A DNA stretch of 60,000 nt from Botryllus schlosseri (Eukaryota): the NCBI GenBank assembly GCA_051294905.1, contig CM119371.1:33606001-33666000 (forward strand), written 5' to 3'. Shown here one piece after another: positions 38,415-51,900 of this stretch. Position 1 is the first letter of the stretch. Each line of letters opens with the position of its first letter. The notes under the pieces are model-generated. The model searched no databases and was not told the origin of the DNA. It saw nothing but the letters and a program-made list of their open reading frames with translations. The position numbers were made by a program, and so were the translations under genes.

Positions 38415-40202
38415 GTTTCCGTGATACTGGCACTGGCATCATACAGTTACCATGGATTGCTGGGGGAGTTAGGAATCCCGATTTGCAACTCAAGTGAATG
38501 ACTAATGTCTATTTCTATAGGTAGCGTAAAGAGGATCCTAAAGTCTGGTATTCTCCAACATGGCAACGTCTTGAGTGCATAAACAACTAAACGCTCAGTT
38601 AGTCTTCGTAAACAATACAGAAACAATAAGAATAATACAGAAACATTGAATTGTTGCAATATCCCAAGCCTGATTGGGGCATATGTGTCAGCTTTGAAGA
38701 CAAACAATAAGGATGTACAATGCACATATAACCCTGATACACATGTGCCACTGTCATATGTTTATGTCGGACAGTAGACATTCAAAAAAGCTAAAATATG
38801 TAAATAATTTCCTGGAAAACCTTGACATAGTCAGAGATGGGCAAGGAGTAAATGTCCCACAACATCTGAAGATGACGGAGGTAAGATATCAGAAGAAATT
38901 AGAGCTTACATATGCTCGAGTATCAAACGAGACAACCTACAGAATTATGGGTTATTATAGCGTAAATTTTAACCCTGAGACTCGCACTTTATTTGTCTTG
39001 TAGAAACAATATCGGTTTAAATCAACCAAATAAAGCAGTGCTAATATTTATTTGAAGTCTATGGATTTACTTTCGACTGCTTGTGGTTATTGAATCGTTT
39101 TATACAATAAACACAAAATATCAAAAGTAGTGCTTTTATGTGGGTTATGAGACAATGTGGTGGGTGCCTAACCCAAAAACTGGACGTGATAGCGAAAAAC
39201 GAAAATAATTCAGCGCCCAAAAGTAAGTCAATACCAATTGTATGATCTAAGTCAACAGAAATTGTGTGTTGACCAGTGTTATATGATAGTGATTATCCGT
39301 ATCGCTCATCGCCTTATTAAATACGGGCTTCGTAAGAGGGTGTCGTACCGCCACAATTGTTGATAGGGGGCACTGGGGTGACAAAACGATTTAGAAACAC
39401 TACTATATTGGAACGACATCGTATGTATCACGTGATGGCTGGATCCTTATGCTGTTTGAAAAAGATATATCCCCTGCATGGGATGTAGCAAAACAAACTC
39501 CAGCATTCTGCACCGCCCGCATATGTCAGTTTCCAGGTTTACTCAGTTCACTAGAACGCATTTGTACCTGCTTTTAAAAACTACTTGCTTAATTGAGTAA
39601 TTTAAAATAAATCAATTTCTACTTCTACTTGAAGTAGTTTTAAGCAGTTTCTATTCGTAAATGAGTTGATTTCGGCATCGCTCACTGCTACATCGACTTG
39701 AGCAGTATGTTGACTAGTTCGACCTACGGTTGCATCCGACACAAAAATCAGTTTTCCGTGACCTTTGTTCAAAACATGTTTTATGCCATGACGTCAAGAA
39801 TCGTTCACTGTGACGTCACATTTGATGAGCATTGGCAACTGAAAATATAGGCTAAATATGGCTCCTTCGACGAAGAGGGCTTTCGACCACTGTCATAAAC
39901 AGACCAAAAGTATCTTTAACAAGGACTACATCATTATCCAGCAGAGGCTATCGGCGGTCATCATCATCATCAGAACACGCATTCCGTACCAATGATCTAT
40001 ATCTGCTTGTTATGACTGTTGAACCGACGATGACTTCGAGGGTTTCAGCCACTCCATATCGTATATGTCGACTATTTGCGTGCAAATCGTCTACAGGCTC
40101 ATACTGCGTGTTTTTTGGTAGTATTTAAACCACTGACTCCAAAAGTGGTCGCCAGCGCCCTCCTCGGGGCGTTCGCTATTGTAAAGGGATCGCTTGTCAT
40201 GG

Positions 40203-42984
40203 AATAGGCCTTTTGCAGGACTTCGATCACGTGACTAGGTCGCATAGCAACCACAAATTGGTTAGCAAGCTACTTTCTCGCGCACCTGCTTCAGTGCTAA
40301 ATATCGCATAGTGTACTGTTGATTTCTGGTTGTAAACGTTTCGGAGATTTGTTGTAGAAGTCACCAGAGATTTTCCTATGCTAGATGTCAGTCCTGTACA
40401 AAGCATATAGAATGATATCGTCAGAATTACGCAGAAATCCGTCGTTAACGTAGCCGTATTTCGGATACAGTATATTATCGTTTTCGGGCTGTAAACGTTT
40501 TATATAAAAGGCAAGTGTCATGGAAATGCGCAAGGATTCAAATATGTTTGATGTCTTCGATTCATGAACTATGTAAACTCCTTGCGTCAAAATGATGGAC
40601 ATTGTAGCCGTTATTTGGTATAGTCAACTATGACTTTATGACACAAAATTCGACATTGCAGGACATTGACTGCGTGATATTTATTGCAGCATTAAGTTAG
40701 GTGTGGATAGTATACTATACTAAGTTGTATTGTAGTGGTAGTTGGTAATCATTGCAGCATTTTGATGATTGATATCAATTGCAATATATATAGGATACTG
40801 CTATTTTTAAGCCTATAGAGACAATGACTGCCAGTGCTAGTAAGTTGATGTGTTAGGAATTCATGCCATGTGCTACATACTATATATATTAAACATCCTA
40901 TGCTATTGTATGGCTTCTCAGTTAAACAATTCAAAATATTTAGACCTCTACACCTATATTACAAGTTATTGATCATTCTGTCATGCTGCCAAGTGCCACT
41001 ACCCGAAGAAAAATGATCATCAGCTCCAATTGAGGGTGCAACAAACTGTCCCGAGGTCAGGATTACTTGACTGATTGCCTGGATTGGATTACTTCACTCT
41101 TTGGCACAGTGCAAATATCTTGAGTTTCAAGACATGGCTATACCACATGTATACGAATTAATGATCTGATGGATTATCCCAAGAGAGCCGAACATAGGCA
41201 ACTAAGAAATTGATGATGCCCTCGTCAAGAATTCTGCCTGGAGCCAATTATTATCACCACATAAAATTCGGTCATGCAGTAGAAGGCAGCGTGGTTTCAT
41301 GCCAACAGAAAATGTCAGCAGATGATCTGGCCACTGACTAACTGTCCTGAACTTCTTTCCCGATGTTGATGTCTGCTTTGAAAATGATGTTTCATTTGTG
41401 TACAGCAAGACAAGCGCTCTTCCGTAGATGCTATGAATCTGTCTAGACAAGTGGCTATGGAGGTAGATGAAAATACATAGGCATAAGAGTCTCGGCAGTT
41501 ATTGAACTTGATAAGGTTAACATGCATTTTTCTTCAACTATTTCTTATGCTCTGGGTATCGAATGTACAAAAATTAATGAATTGCACTTCTTTCCAAGTT
41601 TATTTGTAAATTCAATGAATCAAATAATATCATAAGTTCAGAATATTACGGAGTCAATGCAAAAGAAACAATGTTCGTCGTCTTTAGAGGATGTTTCTGA
41701 GTTGGTTGAACCAATACACAGAGGGGGTCAGCAACGAAGTACTATTTTACCTGAGTACTACCGTCATTATGAGTTTAGGCTACTTCCACTTCTACTTGAC
41801 ACTTTTTAGGTAGTATACTTTTTTGTCAGGTTTGGGATTTTGTCAACTAGAAAGTAGCTTTGGCGCATGATTGCATCCCCTTCAAGCATGAGGTTGTCAT
41901 AACAACTGGGCAAAATAGCCCCAGTACCACGGTAACTAAATTAATTTTTGAAAATTGCACATATTTGTGGTGTCATCACCCTTTTGCGTTGATCAAGAAG
42001 ATGCAACATGAAATGTTTACAGTTGACACGTGGCATTATAATTTCTAAAACTAAGGGACCCTCAACCAAATCTACTTCATGTAACGAATTTCTTGACTAA
42101 TTTTCATAAATTAAATTCTACTTCCACTTAAAGTACTTTGGACATGTCCTGGAAGTAATTAGAGCTACTTGTACTGGAGTATAAATTGAGGCATTACTTC
42201 TACTCGGTTCCCAACAATGACCACGTTGACCACCTCTGGGTATAGGATGACCGATCTTGTCACTGCGTTTGAGCTGCTCTAAGAGTTATTTGATAGTTAC
42301 TTCCCTTAGTTCACTAAATAGCGCACATATGTGACATCAACTATTTATCAAAATCGCGCGTGATTTGCCAAATTAACTTCAATCGCAGTTGTGAAGTAGT
42401 GCTAATAAGATCGGCATTGTAAGGCAACAATAAAGAGCACTGCTTTGCTTAGTCTTGATGGCAGGCTCTCCCAAAAGATACTTCCGATGTGTTCAGCGAC
42501 ATTTGTTTTATAGCAGCACGCCAGCACCCAAACCAGCATAGACAGTATATCCTGATCCTTGCGGGTCCCGGCTGCTTCAGTCATATCTTCCATCCAAAAT
42601 CAGGCTCCACAACAGACAAATAGTTCTGCTTGATCTAACAAATACTCTTACCAGAATATAAACCAATCGCTTTACTTCAAATGCATAAATTTAAGTACAT
42701 ATATATGATCAGAGTTGAGTACCGTAATACGACTACGTTACCGATGGATTTCTGCGTAATTCTGACGATGTCATTCGAAATGCTTTGTACATGACTGACA
42801 TCTAGCATAGGTGAATCTCTGATGTCTTCCACAACAAATTTCTGAAACGTTTACAACCAGAAATCAACAGTACAGTATGCGATATTTAGCACTGAAGCAG
42901 GTGCGCGAGAAAGTAGCTTGCTAACCAATTTGTGGTTGCTATGCGTATCTAGTCACGTGATCGAAGTCCTGCAAAAGGCCTATT
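40203..42984. mobile_element. Unclassified element with about 258-bp inverted repeats (40203-40460 / 42726-42984)
   Basis: The arms are clearly reverse-complementary with scattered mismatches. The right end is disrupted by the hAT at 42987. No intact ORF inside. Confidence 0.65.
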
Positions 42985-42986
42985 GA

Positions 42987-44344
42987 CAGGCCGTGTTATT
43001 TTTGGCATATGCCAAAACTGCCAAAAATAACTTATTTTTGGCATTTTTCGATTTTCATTTTTGGCAGTTTTGGCATCGTCCTTTAAATAGATAGTTTCAG
43101 CCTTGAATTAGTCACAAAAACGCTTTATTCGGGCTGGTTTGTCAAAAGACACCACAAAATGTGCAGCATCCACCTATAATCAGTGCCAACAAACAATAAG
43201 AAGAAAAAACCTAACGATTTCATAGGGTAATAATATCAAACGAAACCACAAAATGTTCAGTATCCATCGGAATCGGTGCCAATAAGCAAAAAAAAGAAAG
43301 AAAAGCCTAACGAACACGCTCAACAGCTGATTGTACAGCTGTTGAATAGACTTAAATCGTTTGCACTGTAACAGTGCTTCCAAACTCAGGTCAGCTAAGT
43401 TTCTCCTAAATTCATTTCTCGCCCAGCGAATCTGGGAAATATCGGCTTCAACAGTAGCCGTTTAGGGAAGGAATGTTGCCATTCATCCACAAAAGGTTTT
43501 CAGAGCTTCAAAATCTTTGGAGGACCGAACCGCCTTCCATGCATCATGAAAAGAGATCACTTCGCCAGTGCCATCGATCTCATCGCGGAAAGAATTTTCT
43601 TCCCCGATCCTTTTCTAGGAGTTTCCTGTGTTGTCTCTCAACACACTCTATTTAGTAGCCCGACTATCATTTCTCCTTCAGTCTACCCATATATTTACGG
43701 AGGACTTTTGTCACTTCAGGTGGCTGTTACCAGCTCGCATGGAAGAGTCCTGGGAAGGTTAGCTTGTTTAAGAACATTGACGCAACAAGACTGTCTGGCA
43801 AAACGAGACTATGCAGCTCAGAAATAGCCAGACAGTTTGTTGCGACACAATGTTCAACTCGATCACAATGCAAAAATCGTGGTTGATTTTGGGGGTTCCA
43901 GTTCCATGAGCAGAATATAATTTATATTTTAATAATCAGTACTACGGCAGCTTCTCATTGATACATGATACCCGTTTTATCGAATTTAGCGCTCGACAAG
44001 CCGGTCAAAAATTGTCGTAAAATTGCCTTTGGAAAAATGGAAAGTATGACGTAAACCAAATGCAGTCAGCCGTTCAATCTCGCTGTGCCCACACCATTTA
44101 GGCCAGTATGCTTTCACCCATAATGGGTGGGCTGGACCCAGATTAAGAAACCTGCCTTTCACAAACGCTCTTCTCGCTTGTAACGCGGTCCTGTTAACAC
44201 AACACCATGAACGAAATACACTATTTGGCAGGCCGTGTTATTTTTGGCATATGCCAAAAATTGCTTATTTTTGGCATTTTTGGCATTTTTATTTTTGGCA
44301 GTTTTGGCATCTGGCTCCTGAAATGCCAAAAATAACACGGCCTG
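42987..44344 (-). mobile_element. Internally deleted hAT element with a transposase C-terminal remnant
   Basis: TIR CAGGCCGTGTTATTTTTGGCA with perfect 8-bp TSD CCTATTGA; second internal left end at 44229. Minus-strand frameshifted peptide at about 43351-43610: ..SFHDAWKAV..FEALKTF.. / TATVEADISQIRWARNEFRRNLADLSLEALLQCK (hAT dimerisation-like). Confidence 0.8.
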
Positions 44345-44421
44345 CCTATTGAACATGAGTATTTGTCCTCCAGATAGGCGATGACGACTCTCCACTGGGA
44401 TGCGGTCGTATGCTATATATG

Positions 44422-44978
44422 TAGGGTTGCATTAAAAATTAAAAATCAATTTAAAACAAACATGTTTAAAGCAAGGCCCTTGTTTAAAACACGTTTTTTT
44501 TCTATTGTTTTTTTTGGGTATTTTTTGGGTCAGGACGTCACGAATATTTATTTGTGACGTCACAATTGATTGACATTGACAATTGAAAATAAAGGGTAAA
44601 TATAGCTCCTTCGACGAAAAGGGCTTCCGATCACTATCAAAAACAGACAAAAAGATCTTTAATCATGACTAAATCGCTATGCAGCATTTTTACGATCGGA
44701 TTACGAACACCCATTCCGTATACCAATGATCAATTTCGACGTGCAAAAACTGTTGAACCGACGACGATTCCGAGGGTTCCAGCCACTCCATATCGTGTAC
44801 GTTTACTATTTATGGTGCAATTCGTATGTAGGCTCATACTACATGTCTTTTCGGGCGTATTTACACAATTTTTGCATAATTAGGCAATGTTTGGAAATTT
44901 TTTTAAAAAAAGGCATTCGTTTAAAACATGTTTGAAAGAAATTGTTTTAAAACACCGTTTGTTTTAAATGCAACCCGA
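44422..44978. mobile_element. hAT-like MITE, sister of 9734-10200
   Basis: Ends TAGGGTTGCATT / AATGCAACCCGA with 8-bp TSD TATATATG. Confidence 0.82.
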
Positions 44979-45102
44979 TATATATGTAATTGAAATGCAT
45001 CCGTAAATAGCAAAAAGGTTGAGCACCCCCGGATAAGGCTTACTACGTAATCCCTGTATTAGGCATTCAGTGGTGTATCGACGAGTTTTAAATAAACGTT
45101 AA

Positions 45103-45592
45103 AGGGGCACTGCGCTCTAAAAATGATATGGTCTCAAATTGAAGGTAAAAAAGAACAAAAATTTTTGGCCGTGGCCATTTCCTTCAGAACGCCACCGTAA
45201 TGGAGCTGCAATTTATTGAAATTTCTACAAGACCAGCTGCCGCGGCTGCTTAACCCGTTACATGGCACGATGTCTTCATCGTCGCACTTGCTCGACGCGA
45301 TAAGGCAGTCACACAGAGAACGAAACTTAGACACATTTCCTTCATAACATCGGTTGACAACTATCTAAAATTCGTTCTCTGCGTGACTGCCTAATCGCGT
45401 CAAGCAAGTGCGGCGGTGAAGATATCGTGCCTTGTAACGGGTTAAGCAGCCGCGGCAGCTGGTCTTATAGAAATTTCAATAAATTGCAGCTCTATTACCG
45501 TGGCGTTCTGAAGGAAATGGCCGCGGCCAAAAATTTTTGTTCGTTTTTACCTTCAATTTGAGACCACATCATTTTTAGAGCGCAGTGCCCCT
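45103..45592. mobile_element. Palindromic MITE with TTAA TSD (Kolobok/T2-like)
   Basis: TTAA|AGGGGCACTGCGCTCTAAAAATGAT ... ATCATTTTTAGAGCGCAGTGCCCCT|TTAA; arms of about 230 bp. Confidence 0.85.
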
Positions 45593-48500
45593 TTAAAATG
45601 GTGTACCACGACGAAAAAGGTTGAAGAGCACTGACCTAGCTATCAGATTTTGTTATGGGCGTACTATTGATAGAGATAGGTGAGAGTGCGAGAATAATGT
45701 TTTGCTTATTAAAAAGGAATTTTCATCATCATCATCATCATTGGTTTATTAGCAATTTTATCAGTTCAATACACCACAAAAATGCGATACAATGAAATGA
45801 CAGGAAGATGTCGAAGCGACAAGGAGTAGTCTATGGAATCTGACACCCACCTTGGCCTAGGCGATGTAAAGAGGAGGCATGCACACTAAATGAAAGTAAA
45901 GAAGATAGTATAGAAAAAGAATGCGACAAGAAATAGGGCGGCATGTCATGGGAAGCGAGATCGATAGGTCAGTCGTGGTCCGGTAATCTTGAGGATGGAC
46001 TGCATCTATTTAGTAGTAATTGCTTGTATTTCGACTTGAATGTGGACATGCTCGTCGACTGTCGGATGGCCGGATCACCCAAAATATCAGAGGAATAGCG
46101 ATACAATGAAACAATAAAAAGAAATCGAAGCAACTTGGACGAGTCAATATCAATCAAATACCTGGAAAGAATTAAAGATGCTAAATGTAACAGAAAATAC
46201 AGGAGGTCGTCAGTAACGAAGTACTTCTACTTTTACGAAGCAAAAAAGTATTTTGCTCTACTTGTACTAGCCTAGTTACACAAGTAGATCTGATTTCCGA
46301 TATTTTTTTACTTCAATAAATGCTGTGACTTACTTACTTACTTTTCCCTATTTACAGTTCATCAAGTAGAAGTATACAGAAACGGTGATGCCATTTTCGT
46401 TACGTCGAGCTCGTGCTGTCATTTCAGATCACGACACGCGCTGCGTAATATGCATCACACCTGATTGAGCATAACGAGCATCTTGATATCGATTATGACG
46501 AAATAGTGTCAAAGGCGTTGAAAACCCTCGAGACTTTCAGCTAATCCCCTCTACACCGATAATCTGCTGTGCTTGGCACACGACAATTTTCTGACGGGGC
46601 TTGGTATCTCTCGGTGCGGTTTGGAAAACGTGCCGATGACTTGCAGTTCAGGTTGATAAGCATAACTGCGCACGCAGTGGTTTAGGAGAGTGGATTAGAG
46701 GGATATGTCATGTTTAATTAGCACTCTCATGTGCTGCGTTTTCCATCCCATTTATTGCTGCGAAACATTGTATACGATGGATAGAAGTACCCGTTCGCTT
46801 TCACATCCATTGATGGTTCTAACTTATAATTGTGAGAGTCTCGAAATTATCATGAAATATATAGAGCAAAATTCTGTCAGGCCTGCTCAGTAAAGTATTG
46901 TTTCAAATCACGCAGGACAGTTGACTACCGAAATCTTGTGAAACGCCATTACCCATAATACATAACGTTAACTTACAAAACACTGTAACTGGATAAACCG
47001 TGGTGCTAATTTTTGACATAATATGGGCGAATACTAGATGCATTCCGTAAGTTACTTGCAGGGCTTCGGAGTCGGAGCCCCGGAACCGTGTATTTTCAAC
47101 GGAGCTGGAGCCGGAGCTCCAAATAAAATTCTGATGGAGCCGGAGTCTGTTGTTTGAAAAGTAGCTCCGTCTCCGAGATGCTATGCTAATACTCCTGGCT
47201 GAATTCACATAATTTTACGGAAATCAATAAAAAAAATTAAAAATTGTTGCCTCGTTGGCGGAACTTTTTAAAACTAAGCATGTTCAAATTGTTCAAGTTC
47301 ATATATACCGCAATCATATATAAATTTGGGTGTGCAAGATATGCCGTACATTACTATGTTCTGGGACGAGGTTATTCGTCATGCCCGCAATTTCGTCATC
47401 AGAACAACACTGATGACCAATAGAGAGGTTCGGAAAATATTGATCACGATGTATTTCACATGAGACTGGTGCTTATGTGAGTTGAGCAAATTAACTATGA
47501 GTAATTAGCCAATGCTTCTCAACGTGTGGCACGCTTACCAAAGTGGGAAAAAAACAATTAGTTGTACGCGATGGGAAAATGATTGAGAAACACTGAATTA
47601 AATGAAGCGACGCCAAGGATAAACGTGATCTTGCTGCACTTGCACATGTCGATTAGGAGATGCGCACACAGAAATATCCGTTGGCCGTATACTCTCTGAA
47701 TTAGACCAGCAAATGCCCATTCTTTAGTGATCGCTTTTTAATGATACGGTGAAATTCTACAGTGTGATTTTATGTATGCCTTCGAATTGTAATTCAACCT
47801 TGCGCATGATCGCGTATTGCTGTAAGGAACCGCGAACGTGGACAGAGAAACATATCTCAGGACGCCCTCACAGTCCGCGAACAATTTTCACGATGCGAGC
47901 TAGTCAATTCGATGCCCGAACACCATGGTGTTGACTGTTGGATATAATAGAGAGGAATTAGTGATTAGCGCGCTTTCCGATATCGTCACGAGCCGCCACT
48001 GCATCGCGCGCCGTACAGTACCCAGGTCAGCCATAAATCAAAGGAACCGGCCTGTTCCAATAGACAATTTATGCAGGTGAAGGTCGCCAGCCTTCGAAAA
48101 CTGTTCAAGCATACAGCTAATCAAAACCATTTAGGCCACCTACTAGCCAAAACATAAGGCAACATACGCGTTCATGAAGTATGAATTGTATTTCGCTAAA
48201 TTCGAGCAGGATACACTTTCGCAAAATATAGTAAGAGAGTGACAAAAGAATTAGTAGTACATTGCACGTCGTTAACGACAGAATAGTGTAAAACCCGGCG
48301 CTACGCCGCGACATCACAACGGGCAAATTCACCAACCTCCAGACGCACGGGGGCCACAAATCAGTGGTACACAAAATTTCATCCCTCATCTACGAGAGAA
48401 TGAAGTAATTCACTCAAAAATACAAAGATTGGTTGGTATACGGGGAGTATATACTTTAGGCATCGAAATGTTAGAATATTATCGTAGCAGTGTGACTTGA

Positions 48501-48956
48501 AATGGAAATAGGAATCAACTGTAATTCGATAATCACAAATCGGTTTTAGCTACAGATATTTTACGGGGATGAGCATGGATTGTGATTTTGATACTAATTT
48601 TCCAATACTTTCAACGCTCATGAGATTTTGGAGATTTGAACTTGGATTTACACCAGACAAAAATCATTGCGGATTTAGACCTGAAAATATCAAATCTATT
48701 CAACTCAAATAAACATTTCATTAAACGAACCGGTTTTATCGTAAGACAAAACGAATAGGATCACCCTGTATTATATTACGATTTCATGACGTAATTTAGC
48801 AATTTATTACCCAAAACCCTTGCAGTCTGGCTACGTATAGCCTACATTGACTTCGGAAGCACGAGATAGGCGTTATGGGTATTTTGCTATTGTATTATCG
48901 GTATCGCCCTGGTCAGCAAAACGTTTGAATCGGACTGGCTATTGGAGGCTGCCAAA

Positions 48957-51900
48957 TCAATCTTCGTCTACTGGAGGCGGGCGTTGGGGCATCACATTCG
49001 ACGTTGGCCCAGCGGTCAGGTATCCAGCAGTGGCAGGCCCACCTAAAAGTATAATAACATTCCAATTCGGTAAAAATCAAATGAAAATTCATCATTACCG
49101 CACTGGCAGACTTGTACAAACTACTGGACTTTCAAAGTGAGCTCCAACAACTAGAACTGGAACTACTCGCTTTTCAAAATTGCGCATAAATCACTTACCG
49201 GTGAGATATCCCGATATGTTCGTATTGGAGATGAACAGATCGTGTTTCTGGTCTTTGTAAGACGCCCACGTGCTAGATTTTTCCAGCAACTCCCGAATCT
49301 AGGCAAAATTCAAACTCAGCATATTTGTACAAGCAAGAATAGAAGAATGAGTAAGTACCTAATGTCGAAACTGCTGGTGTCAAGACGGTGAATAGTAAGT
49401 CATTTATATTAGCAAACGTCATACGGTAATAGCGATGTATTGAAAATAGCAAGTCTCAATACTGCTGGGACAGGATACAGAAATAATTCTGTATTTGGAT
49501 TTGAAAAAAGACAATTTGATGATTTTGACCCTCAATTTGGATCGGATTTGGGCGCAAAATTTCAAACACTTTCCAAATTAATGCGATTTTTGAACAGATT
49601 TCAGCCATTACCATATTCCATAGTTGGATAACTAGAAATTTTTCTGCTTATCCAAATTAGATTAGAATTATAGCTACACATACACACTTTTTTCCAAATT
49701 ACACTGGAATTGGAATTATAGCTACCCCGTTTTTCCAACTTTGGTTGGAATTAGAATTACAGCTACTTTTTTTTTCAAACTAGACTAGAATTGAAACTAT
49801 AGTTACCCAGTTCTTTCCAAATTTGGTTAGATTCAGAATTATAGCTACACATTTTTCCAAATTAGAGCAGAATTGGAATTATAGCCGCCCAATTTTCATC
49901 CAAATTTGGTTGGAAATAGAATTATACCTACGCATTCTTTTTCAAATTAGACTAGAATTGGAACGATAGCTCATCAAAATCTGATGTGCAAGAGAATGGT
50001 AAATGTCTGTACAGCATTTCCAGAGAAACCAGACATTAGATTAGAATTGGAGCATAAAAGCCTTTCACAAAGTAGCTTACCGGCATTTGGCTCTAATAGG
50101 TTTAATTGGACAGCTAGAATTATCAAGCCCGTTGAATTAAGACGTGGCTATACACAGGTGACGAAATGAATTCTGAATTTGCTAATATTACGTAGGCTTA
50201 CCTGGTCACCATGCTCCAAGCTACCCATCATGGCCTTTAAAGACTTAACAATCTGAGCTTTTGTCTGTGCCGCGTTGGGCACTGTCTGCATGCCCTCGCC
50301 CTCCAGCAGACGCAGGAGAAACGATATCAAATCTGCGTTTAGCACCTAGAGAATTTAATTAGATATTTAAAAAACGAACAGCCTATACACAGACTACACA
50401 TGATGGAAGCGGTATGAAATTTATCCTATGTAGGGTAGGGTTGTTGCAAAATAACTTTTTTTCCAAAATTTTTGCGGCTGTTGCTAAAATAACAATGCAC
50501 ACAAAATTTGGCTCGATTCCAACATCTAGATGTGAAGCTATAGGCGTTTTAAAATTCTGAATTTATTATAAGAAAATTTTAAATTTATCAGCCTTACCTA
50601 ACAGCCCTTTACTATAACACATTGCACTTTTTTCGAATAGAGTAATTTGAAGAGACTTACAACTCCAACATACAATTGAATAAAATTTTCATTTCAAAGT
50701 TGACTCAAATATTGTCGGCTGACAAATATAGCCGCACAAATAGATATTAACAATTATAATGACAATGGATAATAATCAATAACCAACCTGTTGAATGAGT
50801 TGGGCACTCTGGTCCACGGTGAACATCTTATGCATGGCGTCGCAGGCGATACCGATCTGGTCCGGTCGAGACTTCATGCCGCGCATTAGCGGCTTGATGC
50901 ATTCGCACTGCGCGAAACTGTGCACGCAGCTCTGAAAACGTTGAAGGGTTACAATGTTACAAGAAACAGCAAAACACAAAAAACCGAACACATGCATTAC
51001 TGTATTGAAAATGTAATTGTAATGACTCGGGTCATTTGACTAATAATGAAAAATGACTCTATTTGAGTCCCTTTGCGTATCGACTTGTACTTGTACTCGA
51101 GTTATTGTGCATGACTCGAGACATTCTGCATGACATGATTCCACTTTCCTGCATAAGGACCAACACTTGAAAAAGAAGTCCAGAAACTGAAAGATCTTCT
51201 TGGCGGTAAAGAACTTCAATGTACCATTGAATAGTATACCGATATTGAAATGAGCCACAATATTTTTGGCTGACACTTAGCAGGGGTAGTTAGTTGCTAG
51301 TTGCTGACGATTACCCCTGACGAGTGTCAGCCCAAAATATTGTGGTTCATTTCAATATCATTATACTATTCAATTTTCTGATTGAATAAACATTTTAGGA
51401 GAAAGAAAAATGAGTGTATTACGAGTACGAGATTTTCGACATCACCTAAAAGTTTCGAAGAAAGCGAGTTGAACCAGACTCGAACTCGATAATAAACAGT
51501 TAGCACTACTACTTGGACTTGAGCCTCGACACTATTACTCGGACTCGACCCTTTGCTTCATGACTCGAGTCAAAACTATAAAAGTAAGATTGACTTGTGA
51601 CTTGGTTACAACCCATTTAAAAAGCTTACAAATCATAAAAGCAAGCTTCGGTCGTACCGCACCATATAGTTCTCATGTAGCATTTTCAGGTAAACCAGGT
51701 AATTATATTACAATCAAGATTGGAGCATAGAAACATTTCACAAATTCGATTAGAATTAGACTACTGGCATTTTGTTTTAATTACTCTAATTGACCTAATC
51801 TACATTCAACATTAGGGCTCTTCAAAAATGACTTTTTTTCTCAAATCGTACCATGGGGTCAGATCATGTCAGGTGATCCAGAAAAATTTCAAAATGTACC

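Larger units (their letters stand above)
37450..39278 (+). mobile_element. Degenerate Chapaev3-like (CMC) DNA transposon with transposase remnants
   Basis: CACTGG...CCAGTG ends with ATA/TTA flanks. Broken-frame fragments NQYKLSDL/SELLASLR..LL, LQHGN..LQY...W.IC and FLENLDIVRDGQG..HLKMTEVRYQ resemble Chapaev3 motifs QxELNDLVRDL..AELLASRL, LLHNGN and FPENLGAVSDEQGERFHQDI..ME.RYQ. Confidence 0.7.
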
